From: Cyanophora paradoxa CCMP329
Taxonomy: Eukaryota > Plantae > Glaucophyta
NCBI GenBank assembly: GCA_004431415.1
Contig: QPMI01000189.1
Coordinates: 1 to 64,000 of the forward strand
Direction: 5' to 3'
Length of the DNA: 64,000 nt
The notes under the pieces were generated by a model. The model saw only the letters and a list, made by a program, of their open reading frames with translations, had not been told where the DNA came from and searched no databases. This document shows positions 22,192-34,921 of the stretch, one piece after another. The position numbers and the translations under genes are program-made. Every line of letters starts with the position of its first letter. The stretch's first letter is position 1.

Positions 22192-25100
22192 ATGTTAAGA
22201 AAGCCAACTTTCGATCCAGTGCAGTCGCGCAATCGGCTGCGGCTGCTCCAACATCTGATCGACGGAGAACCTACCGAGGGCTTGCTCATTGTCCCGGGTG
22301 CGTGACACCGGGGACGCTGCCGTGCGGGACGTGTGCTGCAGTCCGACGAGCCTTACCGCCCCGCGACGATCAACGCAATTAAAGTTTGGCTTGAGAGCGT
22401 CATGCGTTCGATGGCGCCCAGGCGTCTCACAGCTGTCGAACGATGATATACGTATCGCATAGCTAGCCTAGCGGCCCTAGCTATGTGCGTCCGGCGTTCA
22501 CTCGCACGACGGCCAACGATCACTCGCATACGTGGCCGCGACTCGCACCGGGGCCACTAGCCGGAGCCAGACCTAGGTCTCGAGACCGATCTCTGACTTG
22601 ATCGTACAGGAATCGATGGCAAGTTCAACGCCTGGTCGGCGCGAGCAGTGAACTACCTCCTGACTGGCGGCAGCATGCACGAGCTCATCATCGATACGAA
22701 TGTCGCCGGTGATCGATGCTCCCGGCTCGTTTCATGCCCGGTGGATGACGGTGCGGCAGACGAGAACGTTGAGGATGCCGTCTTTCTCATCACTCGCACG
22801 GGGTGCGTCCGGGCCCCGCCCCCGCCCCCCGCCCAATCTTGCCGCAGCGTGCTCAGCGGCGGGCGGGGTCAGGTGCCGCGTCTTCTGCAACCCGGACGCG
22901 TGGAAGAGGGTGCGGGGCGCAGGGGCCCCACGGGGAGGCGGCGCCCTGCGGCCGACGCGGCGCGCAGATCAGCGCCCTGGCGCTGCGGTGGCCCCACCTC
23001 TCCCTCTGGAAAACCTCCGAGGAGACCTTCGCTGACGCGGTGCGCACGCCGGGGCCGCGGCTCCGCTGCCGCCGCCGAGGCGTGGCGGGCAGGAGCTGGC
23101 GGAGGACTACAAGGTCCACTCCTTCACGAAGATGATGAAGCACGTCAGGCGGCTGCGCGTGCCGCTCAGCGCGGGGCCCGGCAGCGACCAGGAGCGGGCG
23201 GCGCGCGAGGTGGAGAAGTGGCCGATCGTGCAGAGCTACGCGGTGGAGGGCGGGGCGGGCGCCGGCGGCTTCCTGACGATGAAGGTGCCGGCGCGGGACG
23301 CGGTGCCGGCGCTGGAGGCGGCCTTCGGGTGCCTGGACGCGAGCGCGGTGGAGGCGCTGCTGCGGCGGCACCTGCCCCCCTTCCTGCGCGCCTGGGAGGG
23401 CGTCGTCCGCCAGCTCGACGCCGAGGAGGCGCCCGCCCGCGCCGCCCTCTCCGAGGCCCAGCTCGGCGAGTCCCTCCTCTCCCACTTCGCCTACGCGCTC
23501 GCCCCCGGCGCCGACCCCGACGCGTGCGCCCCGCCCCCGCCCGCCCCTCCCCCGCGGGGCCCCCGCCGAGGGGGCGGCAGGGCGCGGCACGGGGGCCCGT
23601 GGCCGCGGGTGGTGGCGGGGTTGCGGACGGAGGACGAGGCGGCGCGGACGTCGGAGGCGGTGACGCTGGGGGAGGCCGGCGGGGCGCTCGGCGCAGCCCT
23701 GCACGTCGTCCTGGAGGGCTGCGAGGCCGACGGGCCCCTCCGCTGCTCCCGCACCTTCTTCCTCCGCGCCGGCCACCTCGCCACCCCGCACCCCGCCGCC
23801 CTCCACGCCTCCGACGGTGCCCGCCGCCCCCGCCCCCGCATTCCCGTCGCGGGGAACGAGCGGTGCGGGCGGGGGCGCAGAGGAGAAGCTGGTGGAGGAC
23901 GAGGAGGAGGGGGCGGTGGCGGAGGGGCGGGCGTCGTACCGCTCGGAGGACGCGGCGATGCTCGTCGGGCTCTACGCCGCCCTCGTCGCCGCCTCACGCG
24001 CCGCCGTCCGCTCCTACGCCGCCCCGGGCCCCGGCTTCGCCTCCCCGGAGGCCCTCCGCGCCGCCGCCCTCGCCGCCTTCGACGTCCGCGCCGCGCCGCC
24101 CCGCCCCGGGCCCCCCCGCGCCTGACGCCCCGCAGGAGCGCGCCCGCGCGGGGGCCGCCGCCGGCGCCTTCCGCCTCCCGCCCTGGGGCGGCGAGCCGTG
24201 GAGCGCGGGGCAGCGGCTGCGGCTCACGGTGGAGTCGCGGGACGCGCAGGGGCGGCTCGTGCCGCCGGAGGGGCCGCGGGGCGGGGCGCCGACGCTGCGG
24301 CACGCGCGGGTGGTGCGGGCGGCGCTGCACGGGCTCGAGTCGCTGGAGGCGCCCGGGGTGCCGCTGGGGCGCTCGTGACGGCGGACACGTTCCTGGAGGC
24401 GGCGGGGCCCGGCGAGGCGCCCCTCGTGCTCACCGAGCACGTCCCCCGCACCGCCCTCTGGCCCACCCCGGGGCCCGAGGCCCTCGCCGCCCGCGCCGCC
24501 CGCCGCGCCCTCGACGGCGCCGCCCGGGCCGCCCGCTGCCCGCTCGGCCGCCACCTCCGCGGTGCGCACGAGGGCCTCCCCTCCCCCCGGGCCTCTCGCG
24601 GGGCTGAGGGGGCGGGGCGGGCAGCGGTGGAGGGTGTGGAGCTGCTGGTGCCGGGGGCCCCCGGGGCGGCGGCGGCGCGGGGCGTGCTGCACGCCTTCGA
24701 GGAGGGCCTGGCCTTCGCCGGCCCCCGCGGCTGCCTCGCCCTCCGCTTCGCCGACCACGCCGCCGCCGTCCGCGTCTACGAGCCGGCCGAGGAGGCCTAC
24801 GCCCTCCTCGTCCTCGACGCCCGCCCCGAGCTCCTGCCCCACGGCCCCGCCGCCCCCGTCCTCCTCGCCCCGCGCCCCGACGGCACCTTCTCCTTCGCCC
24901 TCGCCCTCGCCCCCTCGCTGCCCCAGCGCCGCTTCCTCCTGCGCGACGCGCTGGTGCAGTGGCGGCCGCGCTGGCACGCGGCGGGGCTCCACTCGGAGAG
25001 CGTGGCGGAGGCGCCGGCGGCGTACGCGCGGGCGTACGCGGGGCTGGCGCAGGCGGGGGCGCCCCTCTCCGAGGCCGCCCTCGAGGCCTTCCTCCGCGCC

Positions 25101-27106
25101 CGCCAGCTCGCCGACGCCTTCGCCCCGCTTGCCCGCGCCCCGCCCCCGCTCCCGCGTGACCCCGCCCCCACCCGCGGCCGCATCCCCGTCACCATCCTCA
25201 CCGGCGTCCCCGGCAGCGGCAAGGTGCCACCCGCTCCGGGCGCCCCCGGCTCGCCTCGGGGCGCGGGACAAGGGGGCTGAGAGGCGGGGCGGGGCAGACG
25301 GGGCTGGGGCAGCTGCTGGTGAAGCTCTCGTCGGGGGAGGCGCGGTGGGTGACGGCGCAGGCGGCGCTGGAGGAGGGCGTCGCCTTCGACGCGCGCGCCC
25401 TCGAGGAGCGCCTCCTCCGCGTCGCCGCCTCGGCCGCCGCCCCGCGCTCCGACCCCCGCCCCTTCCGCGTCCTCTACGTCACCAGCGGCTACACGGAGCT
25501 CGTCGAGGTCGCCCGCGTCCTCCACCGCGTCCCCGCCCTCCTCGAGGCCCGCCCGCTTTGCCTGCCCCCTCTTGCCCCGCCCGCCCCGCCTCACGCCCCG
25601 CAGCGCTTCTACGTGGCGGCCGTGACGTGCTGCGTGAACGTGGCGGGGATGCGGCGGCGCAGCGGGCGGCTCATGCCGGGGCTCCTCGAGCAGTGCACCG
25701 AGGGCTTCTGCCAGAGCGTCGTCCTCACCCACTGCGAGGCCGCCTCCGTCCGCCTCCGCCCCGCCCCGCCCCGCCGCCCCCGCCCCCGCCGACCCCGCCG
25801 CAGGAGGCGGAGGTCAAGGAGGCGCAGGCGCTGGTGCGGGCGTGCAACCCGTGGGCGGTTGTGCAGCGGGCGCGGACGGTGAGCGGGCGGGTGGCGGCGC
25901 TGCCGCCCGACGTGGCCCCGCTGCTCTCCCTGGACGCCTTCCTGGAGCCGGGGAACGCGCTGCGGCGGATGCTGGCGAGCCCCGACTGGGACGGCCCCGG
26001 ACACGTCGCCGGCCCCGCCGACCCGCACCTCGCCTGCGTCTACGTCGCCTTCCGCCCGCCCCTCGACCCCGACGCCCTCCGCGCCGCCCTCGACGCCTAC
26101 GGCCGCGGCCCCGATCCCGCCGTCGCCCCCGGCCGCCCGCGCCCCCCGACGGCGTCGCCGACGGGGCGGCGGCCGGCTCCGGGGCGGGCGGGCGGGGACG
26201 ACCGAGGTCTTCCGCGTCAAGTGCCTCGTCCGCGCCCGCGGTGCCCCCGCCCGCCCCGCCCCGCCCGCCCGCCTCCATGGACTCGGGCGGCAGACAACCA
26301 GGTGTTCGAGATCGACGGCGGTGGCCGCCAGCCGATCCGCATCAAGGTACGCCCCCCCCCCCCCCCCCCCCCCCCCCCTTCGCCTTGCGCCGCGGCCGCG
26401 TGGTGACGGGGAGGGCGCTGCGGCAGCCGGCGGTGCAGGGGAGCGCGGCGGCGGTGGTGATGACGACGAAGGGGCGGGAGGAGCCGGCGTCGCGCATCTT
26501 CGTCATCGGGCGCCACATCGAGCGCGCCGCCCTCGTCGACCTCCTCCTCCGCTCCCGGCCCCCGGTGCACCCCCCCCCCCCTCTCCCCTCCGCCCTCGGC
26601 ACGCCGCCCCGCTCACGGCCGCTTGGCAGCCGCCGGCGTGGCGGGCGCCGAGGACGCGGGCGAGCGTGACGCCAGCCGAGATGGACGCCATCCGCGCCGT
26701 GCGCCGGCCCCGCCGCCGGCCGCCGGCCCCGCACGCCCCCTCATCGCGGGGGCCGGGGGCGCAGGCGCACCTGGGGGAGGCGCTGCCGGCGGACTGGTAC
26801 TTCACGGGGAGCGCGTACGTGGGGTTCGACGGGCGGAGCACGCCCTTCCACCCCGACATGGAGCGCTTCGTGGCGGCCTTCCTCGCGCGGGAGAACGAGG
26901 CGGCGGAGCGGGCGAACGAGGCGTGCCGGCGGGCGGCCGAGGCGCAGGAGCATGAGGCGGCGGCGGCGGCCATCGACCCGAGCGAGATCCTCCACGACTG
27001 GCGCGAGCGCGGCGGGGCGCGCGTCCTCCACGAGCCCCACCCCCACGTGCCCCTCCCCAGCCACTCGGGGCCCCTCCCGCCCATCGCCGACCGCGACGAC
27101 GCCTGA
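22192..27106 (+). CDS. DAAF9: Dynein axonemal assembly factor 9 (C20orf194/Shulin) homolog
   Basis: RLRLLQHLI...GLLIVPG|IDGKFN...AVNYLL, EDYKVHSFTKMM, VEKWPIVQSYA, CSRTFFL, CobW-like P-loop IPVTILTGVPGSGK, C-terminal LPADWYFTGSAYVGFDG...HPDME. Confidence 0.85.
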
Positions 27107-27254
27107 GCGCCCCGCACCCGCCCCCGCGCCCTCCCTCACCCGCCCCTCCGCGCTTTTGTGTGATGCATGCCGCTGCGCTCCGCTGGTGCCGTTCGCCGGT
27201 TGGGAGAGAAAGGGAGGAGGGATGAGGGGGGCGGGGAGGGCGTGGAGGGCGGGC

Positions 27255-30200
27255 TCAGTGGTGGCGGGGCGCGGGGCGGCGCGGGGCGCGGTGGCGGTCG
27301 GGGCGGGAGGAGCCCGAGTCGAGGAGGCGGCGGAGCGAGGCGTTGTTGCGCTCGTCCTTCCACGAGCCCAGCAGCTCCAGCGGCTGCCCGCGCGCTCCGG
27401 TCAGCCGCAGCCGGGCGCCTGGGGCGGGGCGGGGCGGGGGCGCCTCGAAGCCCTGGGCGCGCATGGCGGCGAGGCAGCGGCCCTCGAAGGAGCGGGCGGC
27501 CGGCCCCTCGAGGCGGAAGCTCCACGAGAGGGCGTGCCCGTAGACGGCGCGCGCGGGGCGGCAGCCCGACTGCAGGTACGCGTCCAGCGCCCGCTCCACG
27601 CCCCGCAGGTCCCGCGCCCGCCCCGCCGCGTCGATCTGCACGCCCCGTCGCCCGAGGAGCGCCGGCCGGGGCGAGGCGGCCCGCACGGCGGCGCTGTAGA
27701 TGAGGGAGCTGCGGGCGGCTACGGGGCAGCTGCGCGGGGCCGGGGCGTTAGGGAAGGGGCGCGGGGCGGGGGGATGGCCGGGGGCACCGGAGGGCGTCGC
27801 GGAAGAGGTTCTCGGCGTCGAGGTGCCTGCCGGCGGCGCCGAGGGCCTTGAGGGCCTGCTGGAAGCACGCGGGGCTCGGGTGGAGCCCCGCGGCGCGCAT
27901 CGCGTCGAAGAGGCGCAGCACGCCGGGGCCGTCGGAGCGGAGCCCGTGGGAGCGCATCAGCGCCTCGTACGCCGCCACCTGCCGCCGCGTCGGGGGCCTC
28001 GCAGGGCGGGCGGGCGGGGCGGGGCGGGGGGCGGGCCTCGACGGCGGGGTCGGGCTGGAGGCCGGCGCCGGCCATCTGGCGGCGGATCTCCTCGACGGCC
28101 TCGGCGCCGCCCCGGCTCGCCGCGAAGGCCGCGATGGTGGCGAACGAGGCCGCCTCGATGCGGACGCCGCGCTCCTCCATGGCCGCCAGCGTCGGCCCCG
28201 CGCTCGCCGGGTCGGCCTCGACGCGGGCGCAGAGGAGGGCGTTCCAGGCCGAGTCGTCGGGGGCGTGCCCCGCGCCCTCCACGACGGCCTCCCAGAGCTC
28301 CTCGCCGCGCCGCCCGCACCCCACGGCCCGCAGCCGCTCGAGGAGCTCGCGGAGCAGGGGCCCGGCGAGGGGGGAGGGGGCGGCGCGGGGCGGGCGGGTG
28401 GCGGCGGCGACGCGCTCGAGGCAGGCGGCGACGGCGTGGAGGGCCTCGACGGCGCGCTGCCGGGAGACGCCCCGCGTGCCCCGCGCCGCCTCCAGCATCG
28501 CCTCCACCGACGGCACGTCCCCCCGCGCCACTGCCTCCTCCAGCTGCTCCGCCTGCCGCCGCACCGCCCGCCCCGCCACCAGCTGCGCCCCCGCCGCCCC
28601 TGCCCGTCGACGCCCCGCCGGCGTCGGGCGGGGCGGGGCGGGGCGGGGGCGGGCGGACGGCCTCGGAGAGGGCCGGCTCGACGGGGCGGGCGAGGCGGGC
28701 CTCGGCGTGGACGCGGGCGGCGGCCTCCTCGTCGCCGGCGCGGCGGTACATCTCGACCATGATGGAGACGGAGAGGGCCGAGGGGGCCGCCGGCACGAGG
28801 CGCGCCCCCGCGGCGCCCAAAGCGACGCGCGGCGCCCCGACGAGCTCCTCCCAGATCGCCTCCGCGAGGGCCACGTCCCCCGCCTCCGCCGCGCCCCCCA
28901 GCGCCGCGTTGTACACCTCGCTCGACGCCGCAACCTGAACCGCCCCCGCCCTCATGCCACGCCCCGCGGCCGGCCCCGGGGAGGGGCGGGGCGGGGCGGG
29001 CGGGGCGGGGCGGGGCGGGGCGCACGCCGCGCTCGGCGGCCTCGCGCCAGGCCTCGCGGATGCGCTCTCGATCGCCGATGGCGCCGAGCGCTCGGAAGAG
29101 GTGCCTGCCGCCCCGGCTCGTGCCGGCCGGCCGGCGAGCGGGCGGGGCGAGGCGGACGCGTAGAGGATCGCGGCGTACTCCGGGGGCCCGTGGCGAGGGC
29201 CTCCCCAGCAGCCGCCGCGCCCCCTCCACGTCCCCCGCCCGCACCAGCGCGTCGATCGCTGCGCCCCGGCCCCGCCTCGCACCCCGCCCCGCGCCCCGGC
29301 CCCGGCCGGCCCCGCACCGATCGACCAGCTGTACTTGCTCGGTTCCTGCCGGGGCGGTGAGCGGCAGGGGGCGAGGGCGGGGGCCGGGGTGCGGGGCGGG
29401 GCGCACGACGCCGCTCTCGATCATGCGCTCCCACGTCTGCAGCAGCGCCGCAAGGTCCCCGCTCCGCCTGCCCCCGCCCCCGCCCTCACCGCCCCGCAAA
29501 CCGCCCCGCGCGGGGCCGGCCGGGCCGCGCCGCGCGCACTTGTAGCCGGACCTGCGGCGGGGTCGTCAATCGGTGAGGGCCGGCAGGCGACGGGCGCGCG
29601 CACATGAGCGTGTTGAAGGTCGCTGCTGTGGGCCGCACGCTCGCTTCCGTGCTGCGCCGCCTTAGCGCCGGGTGTGGGCGGGGCGGGGCGGGGAAGGGGG
29701 GCGGGGGGCGGGGCGGGCCTGGCGAGCATCTCGGCGAGGAGCTCCTCAGCCTCCGCCATCCGCCGCGCCTTCACGTACGCGTTCAGCAGCTGCGCCCCCG
29801 CCCGCCACCGTGACGGCCCGCCCCGGCCTCGCCCCCGCCCCGGCCCCGCCCCGCCCCGGCCCCGCCCCCGCCCCGGCCCCGGCCCCGCCCTGCCCGCACC
29901 GCGTTGAACGTCTCTGCGCGGGGGCGGGTGAGGGCGGGGAGGGGGCGGGCGGGGCGGGGCGGGGGACGGGCCGGAGCTGAACTCGAGGCCGTCGGCGCGG
30001 ATCTCGCGCATGGCGGCCTTGCAGGCCTCGACGTCGCCGCGCTTGGCGTGCACGGCCAGCAGGCTGTTCCACGTCCGCGTGTCCATCTTCAGGCCCGCCC
30101 GCCGCATCTCCCCCAGGATCGCCCCCGCGCTCCGGTCCCGCCCCTCCTTGAGGTACCCCGCCGCCATCATGCCGTACCTGGGGCCGGCTCGGGCGGGGCG

Positions 30201-31323
30201 GGGGCGCGGGGCGGGGCGGGGCGGGCATGGAGGGGGAGACGAGGCGGCGGGCGACGGCGCGGCGGAAGATGGCCTCCGCGGCCCGCATCCCCTGGCCCTT
30301 GATCGCCCGCGACATCGCCCGCCGGATCTTCGCCAGCGCCCCCTCCTCCTCCTCCTCCTCCCCCCCCTCCCCCTCCCCCGCATCCTCCCCTCGCCAGCCC
30401 CGGCTCGCAAAGGGCGCCGGAGCCGGCGCCGCCTCCTCCCACCGCGAGCGCTGCTCCGGGGGCGGCCGGCTCGGGCGGGTCGGGGCGACGCGCGAGACCC
30501 CCTCCGCCTCAGAATAGCTCCTCCGCGGCCTCTCCGCCCCCGTCCTCGCGGGATGCGCCGCTTTCGCCGCGCTCTCCGCCTGGAGTTGCTCCGCGGCCAC
30601 AGGTCGCGGCGGAGGTGGCGGCTCGGAAGGCACGGCAGGCGGCTTGGGCGGGGCGGCCGGCGGCGGGGACGACGACGCCGGCGTCGGGACGGGGGACGTC
30701 GAGGGCGATACGGGCCGGATGAAGGCGCTCGGGGCAGGAGCCACGATGCGCTTCCCTTTCGAGCGCGGCCGGCTCGAAGGGAAGTCGGTGCTGCTCCTTT
30801 CCTGCCCCGTGGTCTTCGCGGAGCTTGACGGGACCGCAGCGGCAGCATCGTCTGGAACCGCTGAAGACGCTACCGCGTTCGCGCTCGGCCCGCCCGCCGT
30901 ATCGCACGCGGACGCAGCTTCGGGTGCGGCTGCGGCTTCGGCCGCGGGCGCGGCTGCGGCTTCGGGCGCGGCTGCGGCTTCGGGCGCAGACGCGCTCGCC
31001 TCGGCCTTGCGCGGACGTCCCCTCCGACGAGGCACATCGTCTTGCGCGTCCGCAGCGCTGGCGGGCTGTGCCTTCGGTGGCCTGCCGCGCTTCTTTGGGG
31101 GCGGGACGTCCGCGACAGGCTCTTGGCCAAGGGACACGACGAGGCGGACCGCGTGCGATCGCGCCGTGAAGCTACGCGGCACGCCCGTTCGGAACGGTGC
31201 GAGCGCCCACCGGGCACAGGGACGCTGAGCACTCCTGGCTCCCGCCCACGCGGTTCGCGGGATGGCCGGCGGGATGCAAAATTTGGCAAGACCGCTCGCT
31301 ACAGCGGGGCCGACGAACGCCAT
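27255..31323 (-). CDS. Plastid-targeted pentatricopeptide repeat protein with two AT-hooks
   Basis: MAFVGPAVAS... transit peptide; KKRGRPPK and RRRGRPRK; PPR motifs such as MDTRTWNSLLAVHAKRGDVEACKAAMREIRADGL and PSPACFQQALKALGAAGRHLDAENLF. Confidence 0.85.
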
Positions 31324-31499
31324 CTCGTGCGGGGCGGCTCAGTCACGGCTCAGTGACGGCTGCGTGAGAGGGGTAGAGGATACTGCGTTCGCTTCTCGAG
31401 GGGCGTCCATTCTTAGCCAAGCAGCAAACGGCTTATCCGAGCTCCCAGGCTATTCAGCATCGGGGTTATTGTTTGCCTGTCGTTCACAGCAGCAGCAAC

Positions 31500-32298
31500 A
31501 TGAACTGGGTAAGCCGCCTCCGACTTCTCGCTCGCAGATCGGCCCTGACCGGTGCCGCGCGGCGCAGGGGAGCCAGAAAGTCGACGTCGTGTCCCAGAAC
31601 TTCATCTGGTTCGTGCAGCTAGCGAGCTGGCACTTAGCACCCTAGACCCCTCTAACCACCCGAGCTTGCAGGAGGGAGCATATCAAGAAGGAGATGAAGC
31701 TCACGAAGCTCAACCCGCATTTCAGAGTCGCGTCTTTCGATTGAGCCAGCTCCGGCAGAGCCGCGTATGGCTCGGCCGCGTAGGGCTCGGCTGACCTCTC
31801 GCGCAGGTCAACCCCCACTCAATGCACACAGTGACCGACAAGCCGGCGATTGTGCAGCGCGAGAATCCAGTGCCCCACACGCCCACAGAGATCGACGGTG
31901 CGGCCTGCGCGGCGCCGTGGCTGGGGTGCCGGGCGGCGAGCTGACCGCGGGGCCGGCGGCAGCGATCATGATGCGGACCATCGAGCGATCGATGAAGGTT
32001 CCCAAGGAAAAATATTCAGTGCCCCAGACGGTGCGCCGATCCCGCCCCCGCCCCCGCTCCCGGCCCCGCCCCCCGGCCCTCTCTTCTCTTAGCTGTGCGC
32101 TCGCCTGCTGCGCGGCCCCTGACGCTGACGCACGGGGCGCAGACGGCGCAGACAGTGGGCTGGGACCACGTGCCGCTGGTGCCGCCGTCGTGCCCGGAGC
32201 GCTTCAGGAGGCCGAAGGACAGCTGCTACGAGACGGCGTACGCCGCCGAGTACGTCAAGTCCATGGGCAAGAACCCCTTCTCCTCCACCTCTCGATAG
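31500..32298 (+). CDS. CFAP144: CFAP144/FAM183 ciliary protein
   Basis: Spliced VSQNFIWREHIKKE...FR|VNPHSM, PKEKYSVPQT|TAQTVGW, CYETAYAAEYVKSMGKNPF. Confidence 0.8.
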
Positions 32299-32418
32299 CC
32301 GCCGCCCGCCCCCGCCCCGCACGCCTGCCCGCTCCCCCGGGCCCCCTGTACCTGATACCGCCCTAGTCTTTTTTTCCTCGAATCGCATATCGTTTTCAGG
32401 CGGCTCGGGGGGGCGGGG

Positions 32419-34566
32419 TCATGCGGCGGCTCGGCCCTGGGAGGGCCCGTGCGTGACGATGCAGGCGACGCTGCCCCGCCGCCCGCTGTCGATCGCCGTC
32501 GTCACCCCGCCGGCCGCGTGCGGCGGCGCCGACGGCTGCGGTCCGCCTGCGCATGCCTCCGAGGGGCAGGGCCCTGAGGGCCGGCGCGCGGAGAAGGGCC
32601 GGTGCACGCGGGGCAGGTCGGGCGGCGGGGGCGTTGGGGGGCGGGGCGTGCGGGCCTGCGAGCGGCTCTCCTGCCGCACGGGCGTCGACACCCGCTCCGC
32701 GTGCGGCGCACCCGCCCCGGGGCTCGCTGCTGGGCCCCCCGCCCCGCGCCTCCGCGCGTCCGAGTGCTCCCGATCGCCGAGGCCGGCGGTCTGAGCGCCC
32801 TGGGCCGGCGAGGCGGGGGCCTCGAGCTCGGGGTCGCAGGGGCGGCCGCGGACGACCTCGAGCCCCGTCGTCGGCTCCTCGCCCTCCTGCAGCTCCTCGA
32901 TCGTCACCAGCGGCTCGCCCTGCCGCACCACAAGCCGTGAGCCCCCCGGCCTCTTGCCCGTGCCTTTTCGTGTGCGCGTTTTGGGCGCATGCGCACCTGC
33001 GCGTGCGCACTCGAGCGCTTGCAATTGCTCGACCGCTCCTCCGCGGCGCCTCGGGCCCTCCGCTGCGACTTCAACGAGGCGCCCAGCGCGCCGGCGCCGT
33101 CGTCGGCCTCCGCCGCGACGACGAGCCGCCCCGAGACGCGGAACTTCGTCTCGGGCGTCTGCGGCCGACCCTTGACGAGCGCCGCGTACGCCGGCGCCAG
33201 AGATCCGAACACGGGGCGCGAGCTGCTGCGGGGATGCATTTCAGAGACGACCGACAACATCTGGACTAGCCCTAGCAGCTGTTTGGCTAGCAGTGGGCCG
33301 CCGGTCGAATCCATGGGCTCTCAATCAGATAGGCAAGTGACGTCGAAAATCGAAATCGAATACCGAAGCTCGAGATCGAAACCTAGGTCTACTTACCCTA
33401 CGGGCTTAAGATCATAGGATCATAGGACTTTCCGCCCCAGTCCGCGCCGTGGGTCCAGCGTCCGACGTGCACCACCAGCGCGGGCGGCAGCGGCGCGCGG
33501 GGCTGCCCCTTCTCGTCGCGGGTGCTGACGTCGAGCCGGGTCAGCACTGCCCCATCCGTATCCACCTTGCACTCAGAGCAGGGGGTCCACTTGAATTTGT
33601 CCGCCTGTGGCGCCCGGGGCGTTTTTGCGAGGGGCAGCGCCGGCGTTTCCGCTTTCGCGCACCTTGAAGTAACGACGAAGGAGATCAAGGGTGCTGGAGC
33701 GCGTCGGGGCGCCGCTCGACTGGGGGAGTTCGCCGGGGATGTCCCCCTGCTGCTCGAAGACGGCAGACGTGTACTTGCATCGTTCGCACTTCATGTCCCG
33801 TCGGACGCCGAACGTGTACGCTGCTTGGACCTGCCCGGGCGGTGCGCGGGCGTGAGGGCCGGGGGGCGCCGGGGAGGCGATGGGCGCGGGCCGGGCTTTT
33901 ACCGCTTTGGGTAGCTCCTGGCACATTTTCACGAAGAACAAGTACGCGTCCTGCTGAGTTGCACCCCAGAACGGCGATTCCCGCGGGCTTCTGGGCAGGG
34001 AGCCGGATGCGGCATCGGCGGCCGCCACCGCTCGCTTGAGCTCCTGGCAGGAGTGCACGTCGCCTCCCCCGTTGGGACGCCCCTCGCACACCTGCGCCTC
34101 GTTAGCGAGCGTTCGAGCTCCCAGGGGCGGCGCGCCCCCCGCGCGCCTGCAAGACGAGCTCCCGCAGCTGTCCCGCGACGCCGCCTTGCCAGTTCTCGGT
34201 GCCGAGGGCGGCGACGATGGTCTGGATGGTGGCGATACAGTGAACCACGACGATGGCGTAGCACGCGTTGCCCTCGTTCATGAACCCGAGGCGGGGCCCC
34301 AAGACGGCGGCACCCCAGACGGCGGGGCCGATCTGGCGCCGGGGGCGGGGGGGGCGCACGTCAGCCGGGCAAAGGCGAAAGCAAGAGGCGACCGCGGTCG
34401 ATCGGGCGGGACACCATCGAGCGGGCAAATGCGAAGGCAGCCGCGATGGCGGGGGTCCAGATCGCGCGAGAGCGGGGCGAGGCGAGCGCTAGCATACGTG
34501 CGCTAGCGGGGGTCGTGCTCGTTTGTATCGCAGCACGCGCGAGTTCGTGCGGCGCACCGTGTTCAT
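32419..34566 (-). CDS. Divergent ubiquitin-specific protease (USP/peptidase C19)-like gene, possibly inactive or a pseudogene; 5' end uncertain
   Basis: Cys box GFMNEGNACY, QQDAYLFF, Zn ribbon CERC...CSEC, LPPALVVHVGRW. No His box recognised downstream. Confidence 0.6.
33232..33441 (+). repeat. About 210-bp segment (USP exon end plus intron) duplicated at 38311-38526
   Basis: Near-identical direct copy from GGATGCATTTCAGAGACG to GGACTTTCCGCCCCAGT. Confidence 0.95.
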
Positions 34567-34736
34567 TCCTGGTCGTTCGCGGGAGGCTGGCCGTGCGGGG
34601 CGTGAGCGGGGTGAAAGGACCAGTGCGCGGGGAGACTCACTGTAGCGCTGTTTTCCGGCGTGGTCGGCGTAGCCGGCTCGCGCAGGGCCCTGCAGCTGTC
34701 CGTTCTGCGGGCGTGAAGGGGTACCGCAACTGTGAG

Positions 34737-34887
34737 CTTTCCTTTCGTCCAACTTTCGTCCGTCAAACCTCAACTTTCGTCCAACTTTCGTCCGTCAAAC
34801 CTCAACTTTCGTCCAAACTTTCGTCCGTCAAACCTCAACTTTCGTCCAACTTTCGGATCAACTTTCGGATCAACTTAGCTTTCGTCC
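34737..34887. repeat. Tandem repeat, ~32-bp unit x3 built from AACTTTCGTCC subunits
   Basis: CAACTTTCGTCCAACTTTCGTCCGTCAAACCT repeated, decaying into CAACTTTCGGAT copies. Confidence 0.9.
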
Positions 34888-34921
34888 CGGATCCGGATCT
34901 CCTCCTGCGCCGCAGCAGAGT

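Noticed and set aside
26352-26378. Long poly-C/poly-G runs (also ~35353, 45050, 50890, 53516) as functional G-quadruplex elements
   Set aside because: Run lengths are unreliable in assemblies and such runs are expected in this composition. No independent support.
33398-33402. In-frame TAG after KSYDPMILSP in the USP gene as possible readthrough or recoding
   Set aside because: The TAG lies within a plausible intron donor (CC|GTAGGG), and splicing to the CCCCGCAG acceptor near 33226 keeps the frame open.
34737-34887. CRISPR-like array
   Set aside because: Repeats are contiguous with no unique spacers, there are no cas genes, and the context is eukaryotic.
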